Positions 12,495 through 26,159 of a stretch of DNA of 64,000 bases are shown here, in pieces. Source of the stretch: the human T2T-CHM13v2.0 reference genome, Homo sapiens; NCBI RefSeq assembly GCF_009914755.1, contig NC_060931.1; one strand, given 5' to 3'. The translations under genes and the position numbers were made by a program. How positions within the stretch are numbered: position 1 is the stretch's first letter; each line of letters starts with the position of its first letter. Under the pieces are notes generated by a model that ran no database searches, had not been told where the DNA came from, and was given only the letters and a program-made list of their open reading frames with translations.

Positions 12495-12529
<35 letters not shown>
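12216..12529 (+). mobile_element. 5'-truncated L1PA2-like 3' end with (TAA)n tail
   Basis: Young L1 3'UTR. It has GAG rather than ACA/ACG at the Ta diagnostic site, plus gagaacacatgg and gcacattgtgcac. G-rich tract intact. Short TSD aaagtg. Confidence 0.88.
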
Positions 12530-12530
<1 letters not shown>

Positions 12531-12559
12531 GTGTTTAATACTGCATATTTAATTTTTAT

Positions 12560-14867
12560 TGACACCTAGCACCTAGATCTTGGTTTCTTTTTTTTAACTT
12601 TTATTTTAAATTCAGGGGTACACATGCAAGTTTGCTATATAGGTAAACTAGTGTCATGAGGGTTTGTAGTACAGATTATTTTTGTCACCCAGGTATTAAG
12701 CATAGTCCCCATTAGTTATTTTTCCTCATTGTCTCCCTTCTTCTACCCTCCACCCTCTGAAAGGCTTCTGTGCCTGTTGTTCTCCTCCATGTGCCCATGT
12801 GTTCTCATTATTTAGCCCCAACTTATAAGTGAGAACATGCAGTGTTCTGTTTTCTGGCCCTGTGTTAGTTTGCTAAGGATAGTGGCATCCAGTTCCATCC
12901 ATGTTCCTGCAAAGGACATGATCTGGTTCTCTTTTATGGCCACATAGTATTCCATGATGTGTATGTATCACATTTTCTTTTTCCAGTCTAGCATTGCTGG
13001 GCATTTCTGTTGATTCTGTGTCTTTGCTATTGTGAATAGTGCTGCAGTGAACATACGTGTGCATGTGTCTTCATGACAGAATGATTTATATTTCTTTGGG
13101 TATATACCCAGTAATGGATTTCTGGGTTGAATGGTAGTTCTCTTTTGGGATAACTGGCTAGCCATGCAGAAGATTGAAACTGGACCCCTTCCTTACACTA
13201 TAGAGAAAAATCAACTCAAGGTGGATCAAAGACTTAAATATAAAATGTAAAACTATAGAGACCATAGAAGACTACCTAGGCAATACGATTCTGGACATAG
13301 GAACAGGAAAATATTTCATGACAAAGATGCCAAAAGCAATTGTGATAGAAGCAAACATGGACAAATGGGATCTAATCAAACTAAAGAGCTTATGCACAGC
13401 AAAAGAAACAATCAGCAGAGTAAACAAACCACCTACAGAATGAGAGAAAATTTTTGCAAAGTATGCATCTGACAAAGGTCTATTGTCCAGCATCCATAAG
13501 GAACTTAAATCTACAAGAAAAAAAACAACCACATTAAAAAATGGGAAAAGGACATGAACAGACACTTCTTAAAAGAAGACATACTTGCAGCCAACAATCA
13601 TATGAAAAAACGCTCAGTATCACTGATTGGTAGAGAAATGCAAATCAAAACCACAGTGAGATACCATCTCACACCAGTCAGAATAGCAATTATTCAAAGT
13701 CAAAAAATAACAGACACTGGCAAGGTTGCAGAGAAAAGGGAACACTTATACACAATTGGGAATGTACGTTAGTCGAACCATTGTGGAAAATAGTGTGGCA
13801 GTTCCTCAAAGTCCTAGGTCTTGGTTTCTAATATCATTCTTCAATAAAAGAAACCAGGGCTTTTCTGGGAAGTGACTGAATCTAGGACTGGTACAGGAAA
13901 TATATGAGACAAGTCTGGGGCATCTTATAGTCCCAGGAACTAAGAAAGTGCTCACAAAAATAGTATTAAAAAACCCATAATGATAGGGTGTATTAAAGAG
14001 CTATGATAGCCAACCAAAAGAGCTCCCAATAGCCAAAGATAGAAAATGAAAGGAAGATAAATAAGGTAGTATTGGATTATAATCCAAAGTATAAAATAAG
14101 TATCCACAAATCCATACTAATGCAAGTAAATTAATTAATTAAATAGAGGAGAACAGATAAATCTCTCATGCAAAAGAATCCCAAATAACTTATCTAGCTG
14201 CTCTACTCTTAAGGAGGGGGAACATAATTCTCCTCTCCTTAAATATGGGCTACATATGGTGGCTTTCTACCTACCATACAGTATAGAAAATGAGAAAACA
14301 AAAGAGCAAGTTTAAGTAGAGAAACTGCACAAACACTACATCAAGCTATGTCATCAAGGTTCAATACTGATAAGTGGTAAGTCATCCTCATAGTATGCAC
14401 CTTTGTTATGATGTTATGAGAATGGTACTTTGCCTCTGTGACCTTTCCCTCCAAAACAAATTATTTCTGTGTAATCAGGAGTAACCATCAGATAGATCCA
14501 AGTTAAAGGACACTCCACAAAGTACCTGACCAGTAATCCTCCAAACTGTTAAGGTCATTAAAAACAAGGAGAGTCCAAGAATATATCACAAGCTGGAAAG
14601 ACATGACTTGTAAACCTAATGAAGCATACTGGATAGGATTCTGGAACCCCAAAAGAAACTGTAGGAAAAAAACTGAGGAAATCTAAAGTAGAGGCTTTAG
14701 TTAATAATGACTCAATATTAGTTCATTAATTGTGCCAAATGTACCAAACCAATACAAGATATTAATAATAGGGGAAATTGAGTGTGGGGTGTGTGGAGAC
14801 TCTCTGCAGCATCTTCATATTAATATAGCAAATCTAAAATGGTTATAAAATGAAATCTTATTAAAAA
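12560..14867 (+). mobile_element. Old L1M (L1MC/L1MD-like) 3' region, interrupted by the twin-primed L1
   Basis: cctagatcttggtttct|aatatcattcttcaataaaagaaaccagggc...catcttatagtccca continues across the insertion. Ends in a typical L1M 3' terminus with an A-rich tail. Confidence 0.75.
12589..13812 (-). mobile_element. Twin-primed (5'-inverted) L1PA, older PA subfamily (about L1PA11-15)
   Basis: Minus-strand 3'UTR/ORF2 end at 12589-13145, plus-strand ORF2 segment at 13146-13812. 17-bp TSD cctag(a/g)tcttggtttct at 12572-12588 and 13813-13829. Confidence 0.92.
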
Positions 14868-17815
14868 TACTTTTGGGTGAATGATCCACACATTGAAATA
14901 TGTTTCCATAATGCATACTATTAAAGTTTGAAAACATCATGCACATCATGTTTACTTTCTTTTAGAAAAAATCAAGAACTTCAGAATAATTTCTTTATAT
15001 TTTAATATTTTATTTAAAATATTAAATAAAATAATAGCATAGCTTTTACCAAGGTTTTTAGAACAAATTTTATAATTAAACTATAAATTAAATGAATAAG
15101 ATTTTTTAGCAATGAACAGATGTGTGGTATCCAATAACTCCTTGGATTTTTGACAATAGTCTAGGTACAATTGGGAATCTTTGTAATAGTATGATCATTA
15201 ATTCTTGCAATAAATAATTCTAAAGTGGATTCTTTGTTTATTAAAAAGATAGTTTTTAAATGAAAACTACACACAAGGGTATTTCTAAGTTGTTTTAATT
15301 ATTTCTTCTAAATATTACAGAATTTAAAGTCTTCCTCAAATGTGAAACAGGTTTATAATTTCAAAAAAAGTTAGGTACCTTTTTAAAAATACTAAATAAT
15401 TAAGTACTGAGTAAAGTACTTAACTTGTGTGATATTTATGTCATATATGAGTGAATATACATATATCATAGGTGTACAGTATTTACAAATCCAAATATCA
15501 TGTACTTCCTAGCAGTTTAATTACAGAATTTAACTTAAAGAGTTAAGAGATTAACTTCTCCAATTAATTTATTATGCAGATGCAAAAATTGGTAGCAACA
15601 GTGTGTAACTCTTATCAAATATTAATATTTAGATGAGCTGAGCTGATTCTACAGTTCAGTCTTTCTTTATTCACAGTTCAATACTCCTTCCATTCCATTT
15701 CATAGATCCAGTTAGCAGAGCAGTTATCAATCAGCCATGTGGAAAACTGTGTAGAATGTGTTAAATAGAAGAATATTATACCACCAAATGAGTGAAAATC
15801 ATACACATTTTTTTCTGATAAGCACATTGATTTTAATTCACATTGTTCTATGAAATTATCTGTACTCTGAATTCTAAATTAATCTTTTAGTATGTTTACT
15901 ATTAATAATGACCAAAACTTCTGCTCCCAACTCTTCATGATTGATTCTCACTCAATCAAAATCCATCTCTAGTAGTCATGAAGGGAGCTTTTAAATAATT
16001 TTATTTTAGAACCCTGTCGGCATTTTTAAGTGATAATGTAACATTATTGGAACATGTGTTTGAAACTACTTTTAATCATCCTGTAAGATTTAGATAATTC
16101 TTAGTTTGATTTATTTATTTATTTTTTCTCTTTTTGTCTTTTAACCCCTACTGGAAATCCTTGTTGCATTTTTCTTTTCTATTCAGTACTGCCTTTGAAA
16201 ATAACTAGAAAAAAAAAAAAGAGTTGGAGTGTAAAATGTACATAGTTGGGATTTTCAAAGGCAAAAGAGAATCTTGGGAACAATTTATTCCTTCTCCTGT
16301 ATTTTACAAATTGGAGAATAGAGTTTCAGAGAGTTAAAGTAGCTGCCAGAATACACAAAACCGTAAGGCTGGAATCTGGAACCTGGTTTCAACTCCTGGT
16401 CCTGAGCATTTGCATGATTTCTAGGTAATTTGTAAAGAGTATAAAAATTCTCTTCTCACACTCATGCACACTCACAGGCACACACACACATTCACAGTAA
16501 CACGTACACAAAAATATCATGCAGGAACAGCTGTGATATTTTCTTCCAGACTGGTTGGAATAATTTGGAAATAATTATTTGGAAATAATTTACATAGATG
16601 CCAATTTTATATTTATAGTCATGTAGCCTAATTCCTAGAATAGAAATATGAATACATTCTTTAAATGGCTGCCAAATTTGTGTATGTGCTCTTTTTGTAT
16701 GTAATTTGGAATATGTTATTCTTACATTACACGAAAAATTCTATAGTTGACAATCTTCCTTGCAAAGCATCAAGCCCCATTGACAGTTTTTCACTGATGT
16801 CCACTTTCAAAATTCATCTTAGTTCTTTAAATGGGGATTAATCCACAATTATCTAGCGTGTGTAAATTTAATGTTTAGTTATAGTTATTTAAAATTTTAC
16901 CAGTCTTTAATAAATTACTGCGTTGAATTAAAATAATTAAATTCCAATTCTTAATACTATTCAACCTTATTTGGTGGTTAAAGAACTCTGGAAAGAGCTA
17001 TTAATGAGCTATTATTTTTCTTTTTTGTGTACACGTGAAATGTGTATGCGTTTGTGTACGTTCTAACAAATAATGACAGAAAACTTGTGGTAAAGATATT
17101 CAGCGTATTCGGTTAAAGGGTTGCATATTTGCAAAATGTTGAGAAGTATATCTGAGAACTCTGAATTTTTCTCTTAATTGTTACAATTATAGTTTGAGGA
17201 GGTAGGCCAAAAGCTCGCGTGGCGGGAGTATTCCATTTGGCTATAAAGCGCCAGGAAAACAAAATTAATCTTACTCAATTTATAGCCTGACTCATACACT
17301 CTACACTGATCTCAGTCTTATCCTAGCACAGCAAAGTCATGTTTCTTTTTCTTTGGATGAATATTTTATGATAACCAATTGAAACCACAAAGAGTGAATT
17401 AATTAAGAGAAGAGACTTTGGGATCACGTTCTGCCTAATAGTCCCTTAGGGATGCATTTTCATCAAGACTCCACCTAAAGGGGTACATGTTTTAAGAATT
17501 GCCTATTTTCATTGCATGTATTATTGGCATATTAAGTTTTGACTTTTTATGAACTTCATGTTCCCCTTCCTAATCTCCTGTAATTAATGTCACACCCCGA
17601 AGAGAGTAAAAATGGATTAAAATTGGCACAAATATTAACCTCTATTTGTATTGTAGTTGTCATGGTCATTCTAGCAGTTATGCAGAAGAAAAGGCATGGC
17701 TTTGTCTACAGGATGCCTGATTGGCTCATAAATCCATAAGGTATCATGGAATAAAAAGTCACATTGTTTCATGTGTTCATGTTTACCACAAATACTGTAC
17801 ACACAATACCCTTCT

Positions 17816-18114
17816 TTTTTTTCTTAAAAAAATGTTTTTTTGCTTTTTTTTGTTATACTTTAAGTTCTAGGGTATATGTGCACAACGTGCAGGTTTGTTA
17901 CGTATGTGTACATGTGCCATGTTGGTTTGCTGCACCCATTAACTTGTCATTTACATTAGGTATTTCTCCTAGTGCTATCCCTCCCCCATCTCCCCACCCC
18001 ATGACAGGTATGTGATGTTCTCCTTCCTGTGTCCAAGTGTTCTCATTGTTCAATTCCCACCTATGAGTGAGAACATGCGGTGTTTGGTTTTCTGTCCTTG
18101 CGACAGTTTGCTCA
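17816..18114 (-). mobile_element. L1PA5/6-like 3' end, 5'-truncated
   Basis: ttatactttaagttctagggta...tgcacccattaacttgtcatttacattagg...gagaacatgcggtgtttggtttt. Confidence 0.88.
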
Positions 18115-20132
18115 ACACACATACACTTCTAAAAGATCATGATTTGTATGTCATGTAGAAACAAACTACATTAGAAATCAAGCTGATTATAGTGGACAAG
18201 GCTTGATCTGGGGTTGATTCTTAAGTTTGTCAAATAAGTCAAAATTTTCATATTCAATAACTAATCTTCAATTTTATTTCTCAGAAAGAGGGATGTATAC
18301 CACTGTGAAAAGATTTTACTTCTTCAAGCTAGAGAGATCTTAACCTTATCTTGAATCTGCCACAAGTAGTTGTAGGATCTTAGGCCAGATTTTCAACTTC
18401 TTGTAGACTCAGTTTTTTCTTTGCTAATAGAACTGACAACATTGCTATGATTGTTTGCTAAGACAATGGACATATGCAGCTGGTACAGTGATAGTATATA
18501 ATTAAATATTAAGGAATAAATAACAGCTACTCTCTTGAGAAATAATTTTACTATCATGTGAAATTTTCGTTAGAATGCTTACTATTAAAGGTAAGAGCAG
18601 AATGATATCAAGATATTCTATTGTAAGCAACTTGAGGACAGGGCCCTATTTGTTTATATTCATATGAGTACTGTACAGTCACTAGAAAACAATAGGCATG
18701 CTGTGCAATAAAATTAAATTAATTTTAATAAACTATTACATAGTTTGTTAGCTTTTGTGAGATTTCTCCGTTTGAAAAATAGTGAAGGTCTTTTTCATTT
18801 ATAGAGTGAATGAAATTCACGCTTAATATGATAACCATTAATTAGATTTAATGTAAAATGACAAGTTACATTTATGACAGAAATCTTATACTGAGAAACT
18901 TCAGTGAGCAAAGGGCAATAAATAAACGATGAAGATATTCAAGTCTATGTCAAGACAAAATTACATTTTTTAAAAAGTACAGTTCTATACATTTGTGGCT
19001 TTCTTAAGTTAGAAGAAAATTTGACTGAAAAACATTCAGAAAACCACTAAGAAGGTAAAATATTTCTACTGAATCCAGGATACTGGGCTATACTAAAAGA
19101 CAGTTACCTTCTGAGCCACAGTTCTGCTTCACGTTATGGCTTAGATCCATAGAAAACAGTTTATTTAAAAACAAATATCCGTCCTATGGTTAACAGATTT
19201 TCTTGATGAATCAGCTAGTTCTGGCTTTGTATGATGCTCTGATCTATAGAGTTATTCATTTTTACAAGTGCAAAATATTTTCTTAGCAACATGGAAACTA
19301 AAGAGTAAAAGTAACTATCGTATACTGTATCCTCTATACCTTTCATAAAAAGTATTATTACATAATTTGATCATTTGCTTTTGCTCGATGTTAAGTTTAT
19401 AGAAATTGTATTCTTTATTCCAAAACTTTTATGTCAAAACTTACATAATGGGGAAAAGAAGGTAAGATTCAGAAGTGTTAAATGGATATTTACTAGTTTA
19501 AATGTAATATAAAGATCACTTTCTGAGTCTGAATTTTATTTTATTTATGCAAGACCATTATTCTGTACTACTAGTGTATTATAATCTGTAACCTAAATGC
19601 AGGTAATTTTAGTGAAAAATTAAGTGTTTGCATATTATTATAGATACCTATTTAGCCATTGAAGATAGATAAATTATCAAGATTTGAGATTTGTCACCAT
19701 TAGAGGCTTTCCTCACAGCACTTCTACACTTCTGAATTATTTTACAAAAGTAAGGTACTCTAAATTAAAGAATAATAATATTCATAATTAGTGCGCTTAG
19801 CTCAGTCCATTTAACACTCATTTCTTTTCTGAACTTTTTTTTTCTCATTTGCTATATGCAGTTTGTTTCATTCCAAGAAATAAATTGTTATTTCTTCTCT
19901 TATTTTACAGATGTGCATATTTAAAATTAGGAAGCATAAATACGTAACAGTGAAATGGGTATTTATTGTTGTGCTACCAAATTATTTTTATGTAAACTTG
20001 AACAATTTTGAGAATGGAAGTGACAGATAATAAATACTTCTGGACAGCAAGAGTAAACTGGAAATGTTTTTTTGTAGGCAGACTGGTTTTTAGGATCACC
20101 TCAATAATGTGGGATCCAAAATAGGGAGAAAA

Positions 20133-20442
20133 GGCTGGGCACTCTGGCTCATGCCTTTAATCCCGGCACTTCGGGAGCCTGAGGCAGACAGATCATTTGA
20201 CGTCAGGAGTTCAAGACCAACCTGCCAACATTGTGAAACCCCACCCCTACTAAAAATACAAAAAAGAAAAATGATAAGCTGGGCATGGTGGCACATGCTT
20301 GTATCCCAGTTACTTGAGAGACTGAGGCAAGAGAATCTCTTGAACCTGGGAGACAAAGGTTGCAGTGAGCTGAGTTTGTGCAACTGTACTCCAGCCTGGA
20401 TGACATGGTGAGACTGTCCCAAAAACAAAATAAATAAAATAA
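20133..20442 (+). mobile_element. AluS
   Basis: Full dimer with gtcaggagttcaagacc and an A-rich tail. Confidence 0.9.
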
Positions 20443-20472
20443 GGAAAAGACACAGAACCTATTATATGATAG

Positions 20473-23133
20473 ACCTATCATATGGTCTATCTTCAAGAAT
20501 ATTCCATGTGCTGATGAATAGTATGTACATTCTGCAGTTGTTGGGTAGAATATTCTGTAAATATCTGTTAAGTCCATTTGTTCTAGGGTATAGTTTAAGT
20601 CCATTGTTTCTTTGTTGACTTTCTGTCTTGATGACATGTCTAGTACTGTCAGTAGAGTATTGATGGCCCCACTATTATTGCATTGTCATCTATTTCATTT
20701 CTTAGGTCTCGTAGTGATGTTTTATAAATTTGGGAGCTCCAGTGTTAGGTTCATATATATTTAGGATTGTGATATTTTCCTGTTGGACTGGTCCTTTTAT
20801 CATGATATAATGTCTCTTTTTGTCTTTGTTAACTGCTTTAGCTTTAAAGTTTGTTTTGTCTGATATAAGAATAGCTACTCCTGCATGCTTTTGGCGTTCA
20901 TTTGCATGGAATGTCTTTTTCCACCCCTTTACCTTAAGTTTATTCAAGTCTTTATGTGTTAGGTGAGTCTCCTGAAGACAGCGGAAACTTGTCTTGTGAA
21001 TTCCTATCCATTCTGCCATTCTGTATCTTTTAATGGAGGATTTAGGCCATATACATTCAATGTTAGTATTGAGATGTGGGGTATTATTCTATACATGGTG
21101 GTATTTGTTGCCTGACTACCTTTGTTTCAAGATATAGAGCTTCTTTTAGCAGTGCTTATAGTGCTGGCTTGGTAGTGACAAATTCTTTCTGCATTTGCTT
21201 GTCTGAAAAAGACTGTATCTTTCCTTCATTTATGAAGCTTAGTTTTCCTGGATAAAAAATTTCTTGGCTGATAATTTTTTTGTTTAAAGAGTCTAAAGAT
21301 AGGACCCCAATCCCTTCTAGCTTGCAGAGTTTCTGCTGAGAAATCTGTTGTTAATCTGATAGGTTTTTCTTTACAGGTTACCTGATGCATTTGCCTCACA
21401 GCTGTTAAGATCCTTTCCTTCATCTTGACTTTAGGTAAGCTGATGACTATGTGGCTAGACAATGGTCTTTTCGGGATGAATTTCCCAGATGTTCTTCGGG
21501 CTTCTTGTATTTGGATGTCTAGATCACTAGCAAGATCAGGGAAGTTTTCCTTAATTATTCCCTCAAATATGATTTCCAAACTTTTGGATTTCTCTTCCTT
21601 TTTGGGAACACCTATTATTCTTAAATTTGGACGTTTAAAATAGTCCCAATTTCCTGGAGGTTTTCTTTTTAAATTATTTTTTCTTTGTCTTTGATGGATT
21701 GAGTTAATTTGAAAGCCTTGTCTTTGAGTTCTGAGGTTCTTCCTTCTGCTTTTTCGATTCTATTGCTGAGACTTTTCAGTGCATTTTGCATTTCTCTAAG
21801 TGTGTCCTTGATTTCCAGAAATTGTGATTGTTTTTATTTATGCTATCTATTTGACTGAAGAATTTTCCTTTCATATCCTGTATCATGTTTTTGACTTCAA
21901 GTTGGACTTCACCTTTCTCTTGTGCCTCTTTGATTAGCTTAATAATCAACCTTCTGAATTCTCTTTCTGACTGTTCAGAGATTTTTGTCTTGGTTTGGAT
22001 CCATTGCTGGTGAGCTGGTATGATCTTTTGGGGCTGCTAAAGAACCTTGTTTTGTCATACTACCAGAATTGTTTTCCTGTTTCCTTCTCATTTGAGTAGA
22101 CGATGTCAGAGAGAAGATCTGGAATACAAGGGCTGCTGTTCACATTATTTTGTCCCACAGGGTGCTCCCTTGATATGGTGCTCTCCCCCTTCTCCTAGGA
22201 ATGGTGCTTCCCAAGAGACAAAGTGTAGTTATTGTTTCTGCTCTTCTAGGTCTAACCACCCAGCAGAGTAGCGGACTCCAAGCTGAAACTGGAGAATGTC
22301 TGCAATGAGTCTTTTGATATGATCCATCTTCAGGTCTTGCAACTGTGGATACCAGCACCTGCTGCAGTGGAGTCAGCAAGGGAGTGAAGTGGACTCTTTG
22401 AGAGTCCTTGGTTGTATTCTTGTTTAGTGTGCTGGTTTTGTGTTGGTTGGCCTCTAGCCAGGAAGTGGAACTTTCAATAGCTCATCAGCTGTGGTCCTAT
22501 ATGCAGGATGCACAGTTGCCCTAGGGACACCTAGTTAAGTATTCAGATTTGTCAGGCAATGGGCAGGGCCATAGGGCACCCAAGAGATTATGACCTTTGT
22601 CTTCAGCTACCAGGGTGAGTTGAGAAAGACCCCAGGTGAACGCAGGGATAGGTGTGTCTGAGCTCAGCCTTTTCTTGGGCAGGGCTTGCTGCTGCTGCTG
22701 TGGGTGTGGTTCCCAAATTCAAGGGAGTTATATTCCCAGGAATATTGTGTCTCCCTCTGCTGAGTCATATAGGTCACCAGGGAAGTGGGGGAAAGCCAGC
22801 AGTCACAAACCTAACCCCACTCCCACACAACCTACAGTCCTAAAGGCCATGCCCACTCCCATGGTGCCCCAACAACAGTACCTTGTCATCCAGTGAACAG
22901 GGCTGAGAACTTGTCCCAGACCATGAGCCTCCCCATTGAGAAAGCAAGCAGACTCACACTTTTTCAGCATCTCAGGGAGCCTGCAGTAGCGATGCAGCTC
23001 CTTCAAAACGTTGTGGATTCTCGCGGCTTTCCTGGTATGTTCCTGCAGTAGTTCTTGGAGAAAAAATTCACAATGTGAGTCTTTGCACGCTGCTCTGTTC
23101 ATCGGAGCGGAAGCTACAAGCTAGTTCTGCCTC
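20473..23133 (-). mobile_element. L1PB 5' portion (5'UTR, ORF1, ORF2 endonuclease N-terminus); 3' part missing
   Basis: ORF track gives ORF1-like peptides at 21226-21579 (IKENFPDL...DIQIQEA...PIRLT.DFSAETLQARRDW) and APE endonuclease peptides at 20702-21019 (CLQETHL...GVAILISDK). L1PB-type 5'UTR terminus near 23133. Confidence 0.92.
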
Positions 23134-23919
23134 GATTTTCCAGGACTTCTTATCTGTCTTCTGTTCTCACATACTCTGCACCACACATAGGTGACTGAAT
23201 CTATTCTCAAGGCTCTAGGACTGCCATTGTTTTTCTGTTCCTGGTCATTACACCCATTTCAGACCACACTATTTACTTGGTTCTATTCTGGATCTTTTTT
23301 TGACTTTTCAAGACTCCAAAAATCCTGCCTAGAGACACTCACCCATTCTAGACTATAGATGCAAATCTCTGCATGGAAAAAGAACACAACTGCAAGAAAT
23401 AGAAGGAAAAATTTATTTTGCTATCATCACAACTAAGTGTTTATTATTAAACCAATATTTAAATTTAAGTCAACTCCATAAACATTTTTTAAATATTTTC
23501 TTTATGCTAGGCATAACGGTAGAAATAAAAATATACATTATCACTGCTCAAAGAGTATGCAGTTTAAAATGAAGATTTGCAAGTAGAATACTGAATTGCT
23601 ATTTAGGCTTATGCATGTGGAAAAAAAAAAAAAGAAAAAGAAAGCAATATCTAAGGTATCCAGGTGTAGCACCAGAGAAGCACCAATCTACTCTATCTGC
23701 AGATAGAATTCAGTTCAAAGTGGAATTGACTCATTATGCTTCGAATTTTTTCATGCATTTCTAATAATTTTATTTAAACATTAAAAAAATTTAAGTAGAG
23801 AAAAAAAATATAGTTCTTAGAAATGTCCTCTAAATTTGTCTTACAGGTCGTTGACAAACCACTAGGAAAACTGAAGCTTAATCATTACCTTGATAGAATG
23901 TTCATCCTTATAATTTTGC

Positions 23920-24073
23920 TCTAGATCATGAGAAATACACTTACTGAAACACATTTCTAATTTTTTTAAATGCCAAGTTAAATTTTGTCAGCATTCTAGA
24001 TCATGAGAAATACATTTTCTGAAACACATTTCTAATTTTTTTTTAAATGCCAGGTTAAATTTTGTCAGCATTC
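23920..24073. repeat. Two-copy tandem duplication, period ~75 bp
   Basis: tctagatcatgagaaatacac...aattttgtcagcattc is repeated. The copies differ by 3 substitutions and a T-run length change. Confidence 0.95.
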
Positions 24074-26159
24074 CCTCGCTTCGCTAAAAGAATACTGACA
24101 ACATACATTATAACCATATGGCATTTCTCTCATCTCAAGGATAATGGTTCACTTGGGATATTATTGTAAAACTTTTAAAAAACTTGGCTAGAGTAAATGA
24201 TTTCTCAGAACCACACCTAACTATGATATAATACAATGAGATTGAAGGAGAAAGCAGCCAAGTTTTTCATAATAAATACTTAAAAAGAAAAGCCTTTTAT
24301 TCCAAACAAGGATTCTATTTCATTTTTCACATATAAACATTCTCTCCTATGGAAACCTAAAATAACTTAGAAAGTTGGTAGAATTGTTAGCAGTTGAATA
24401 ATTAATTACAAAATAGTTTTCATGGAAGCATATGCAAATAACTTTTTTAAATACTTTTTTTTTTGTTTCATTAAATCCAATAAACTAATCTGTGTCTTAG
24501 GTCTATAATAGAATTATCAAATACTGAGTTTGAATATACTGTGTATTTAATTTGATTCTCAGTACAGTCATCTATTATAACCATAAGAAGCATCGTTCTT
24601 ATGAGTTTTACATAGAATAAAACCAAAACACAACACTATTATGATACTCTAAACACGACACTATTATGATACTCATTAGAGGTATTATATTTCAAATGTA
24701 AGTCTAAATGTACTTCCTTTAAAGGAAAGCAATTATAAATATTATTATCCGTTTAAATGTTATTTGAACTACTTGATTTTAAATTTGTGTTTAGAATGTT
24801 TAACAAAAATATTTGTTAATGTTTCTTACAAAGCCTTCTTATATTTTCTAAAAATCCCAAAAGAATTTTAAGCATGTTTATTCTCTAAAGAATTCGCATT
24901 TTAAATAAATAGCCTGTAAAGAAAAAAATGAATTTCAAGTATTTATTCTACTTATATTTATCAAAAATTAATAAGTAAATAAATGTATTTTTATACACTC
25001 AAAATTAATTTCTAAGAAATATAATAAACGGTGTGTTTCACTAATGACCACACCTAGAAACAAGCAAATAATTTATCTTCCTTTCACATTTGTGATAGAC
25101 TTGCTATAACTTTCATATCATTAAATCAGCTTTAATCATTCTATACAAGATTACAATTGAAGACAGATGGTTCTGGGTAGCTGGCAATTGATTATATGAT
25201 TGTGTAAACAGATAAGATAATATCAAATGAAAGAAATCATGGTGACAATCTTTCTTTAGCATTTCAGACATTCAGCCTGTAATCCAGTTTAGGTGGATCA
25301 AATTTAATGTGGGAGCCCTTCTTACTTTGCATATAACACAATATGAAAGAGCTATGCCAGCAGAGATTTGCATGTGTACTACCATATGTATTCTATCTTG
25401 CTTATTTTTTATGCCATAAAGTCTCTATAAAATAGAGCTATTAACAGCACGATCTCATAGGGTTTCTGTGAATAGTGCCTGCTTCCTAAGTAGTTGGTAT
25501 GTACATACTAACTACTGTTGTTATTGACCCATTTCTCCTTTTTTTCCCTCTGATCATTCCTAGGAACTAAAAATTTTACTCATTCTATTATACAAAGCAT
25601 TTGAACTCCCCAGGCTCCCGTGTATGTCTCATATTTATGTCTCCTCGTATGTCTCTTATATGCCCCTATAATATTCTGTGTATCTTCCAATATAATACTT
25701 ACACTCTGCTGAGTTTGTCTTATTAATAGATTGGAAGACCCACTAAGATATAAAATATGACTATCTTGACTATAGTTGTAACTGGAGTAGCTAGCACTGA
25801 TATATTACTAAGTAAATATTTAGGTAGAAAAGAGAGGAAAGCAGGTAAGAGTATTCTGGTTGTTAATTCACTTGTTAAGTACAACGACCCAGTTCCTTAC
25901 TTACTTAATTCTGATTTTCTGTAATCTACTTCCACTACAGGTTTAAAGACCCTTGCTTATCACACTTGAGACCAGATATGTTTCAAAATGCAATTTATTT
26001 AGATTTTGGAAATTTATATCTGCTATATGTTATGTAACACCTCCACACGAGAGTGTAAGCATCACTTTTAGCCAAAACATTAAAATAGTGAAATAAATAT
26101 CTACACCAAGCTATGCAGGTAAAAAATTGTAAATACCTTTGTGTCAGTCTAAACCAGAT

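Noticed and set aside
24634-24675. 15-bp direct repeat actattatgatactc
   Set aside because: A small slippage duplication of a common kind, like the one at 52427-52463. No further structure.
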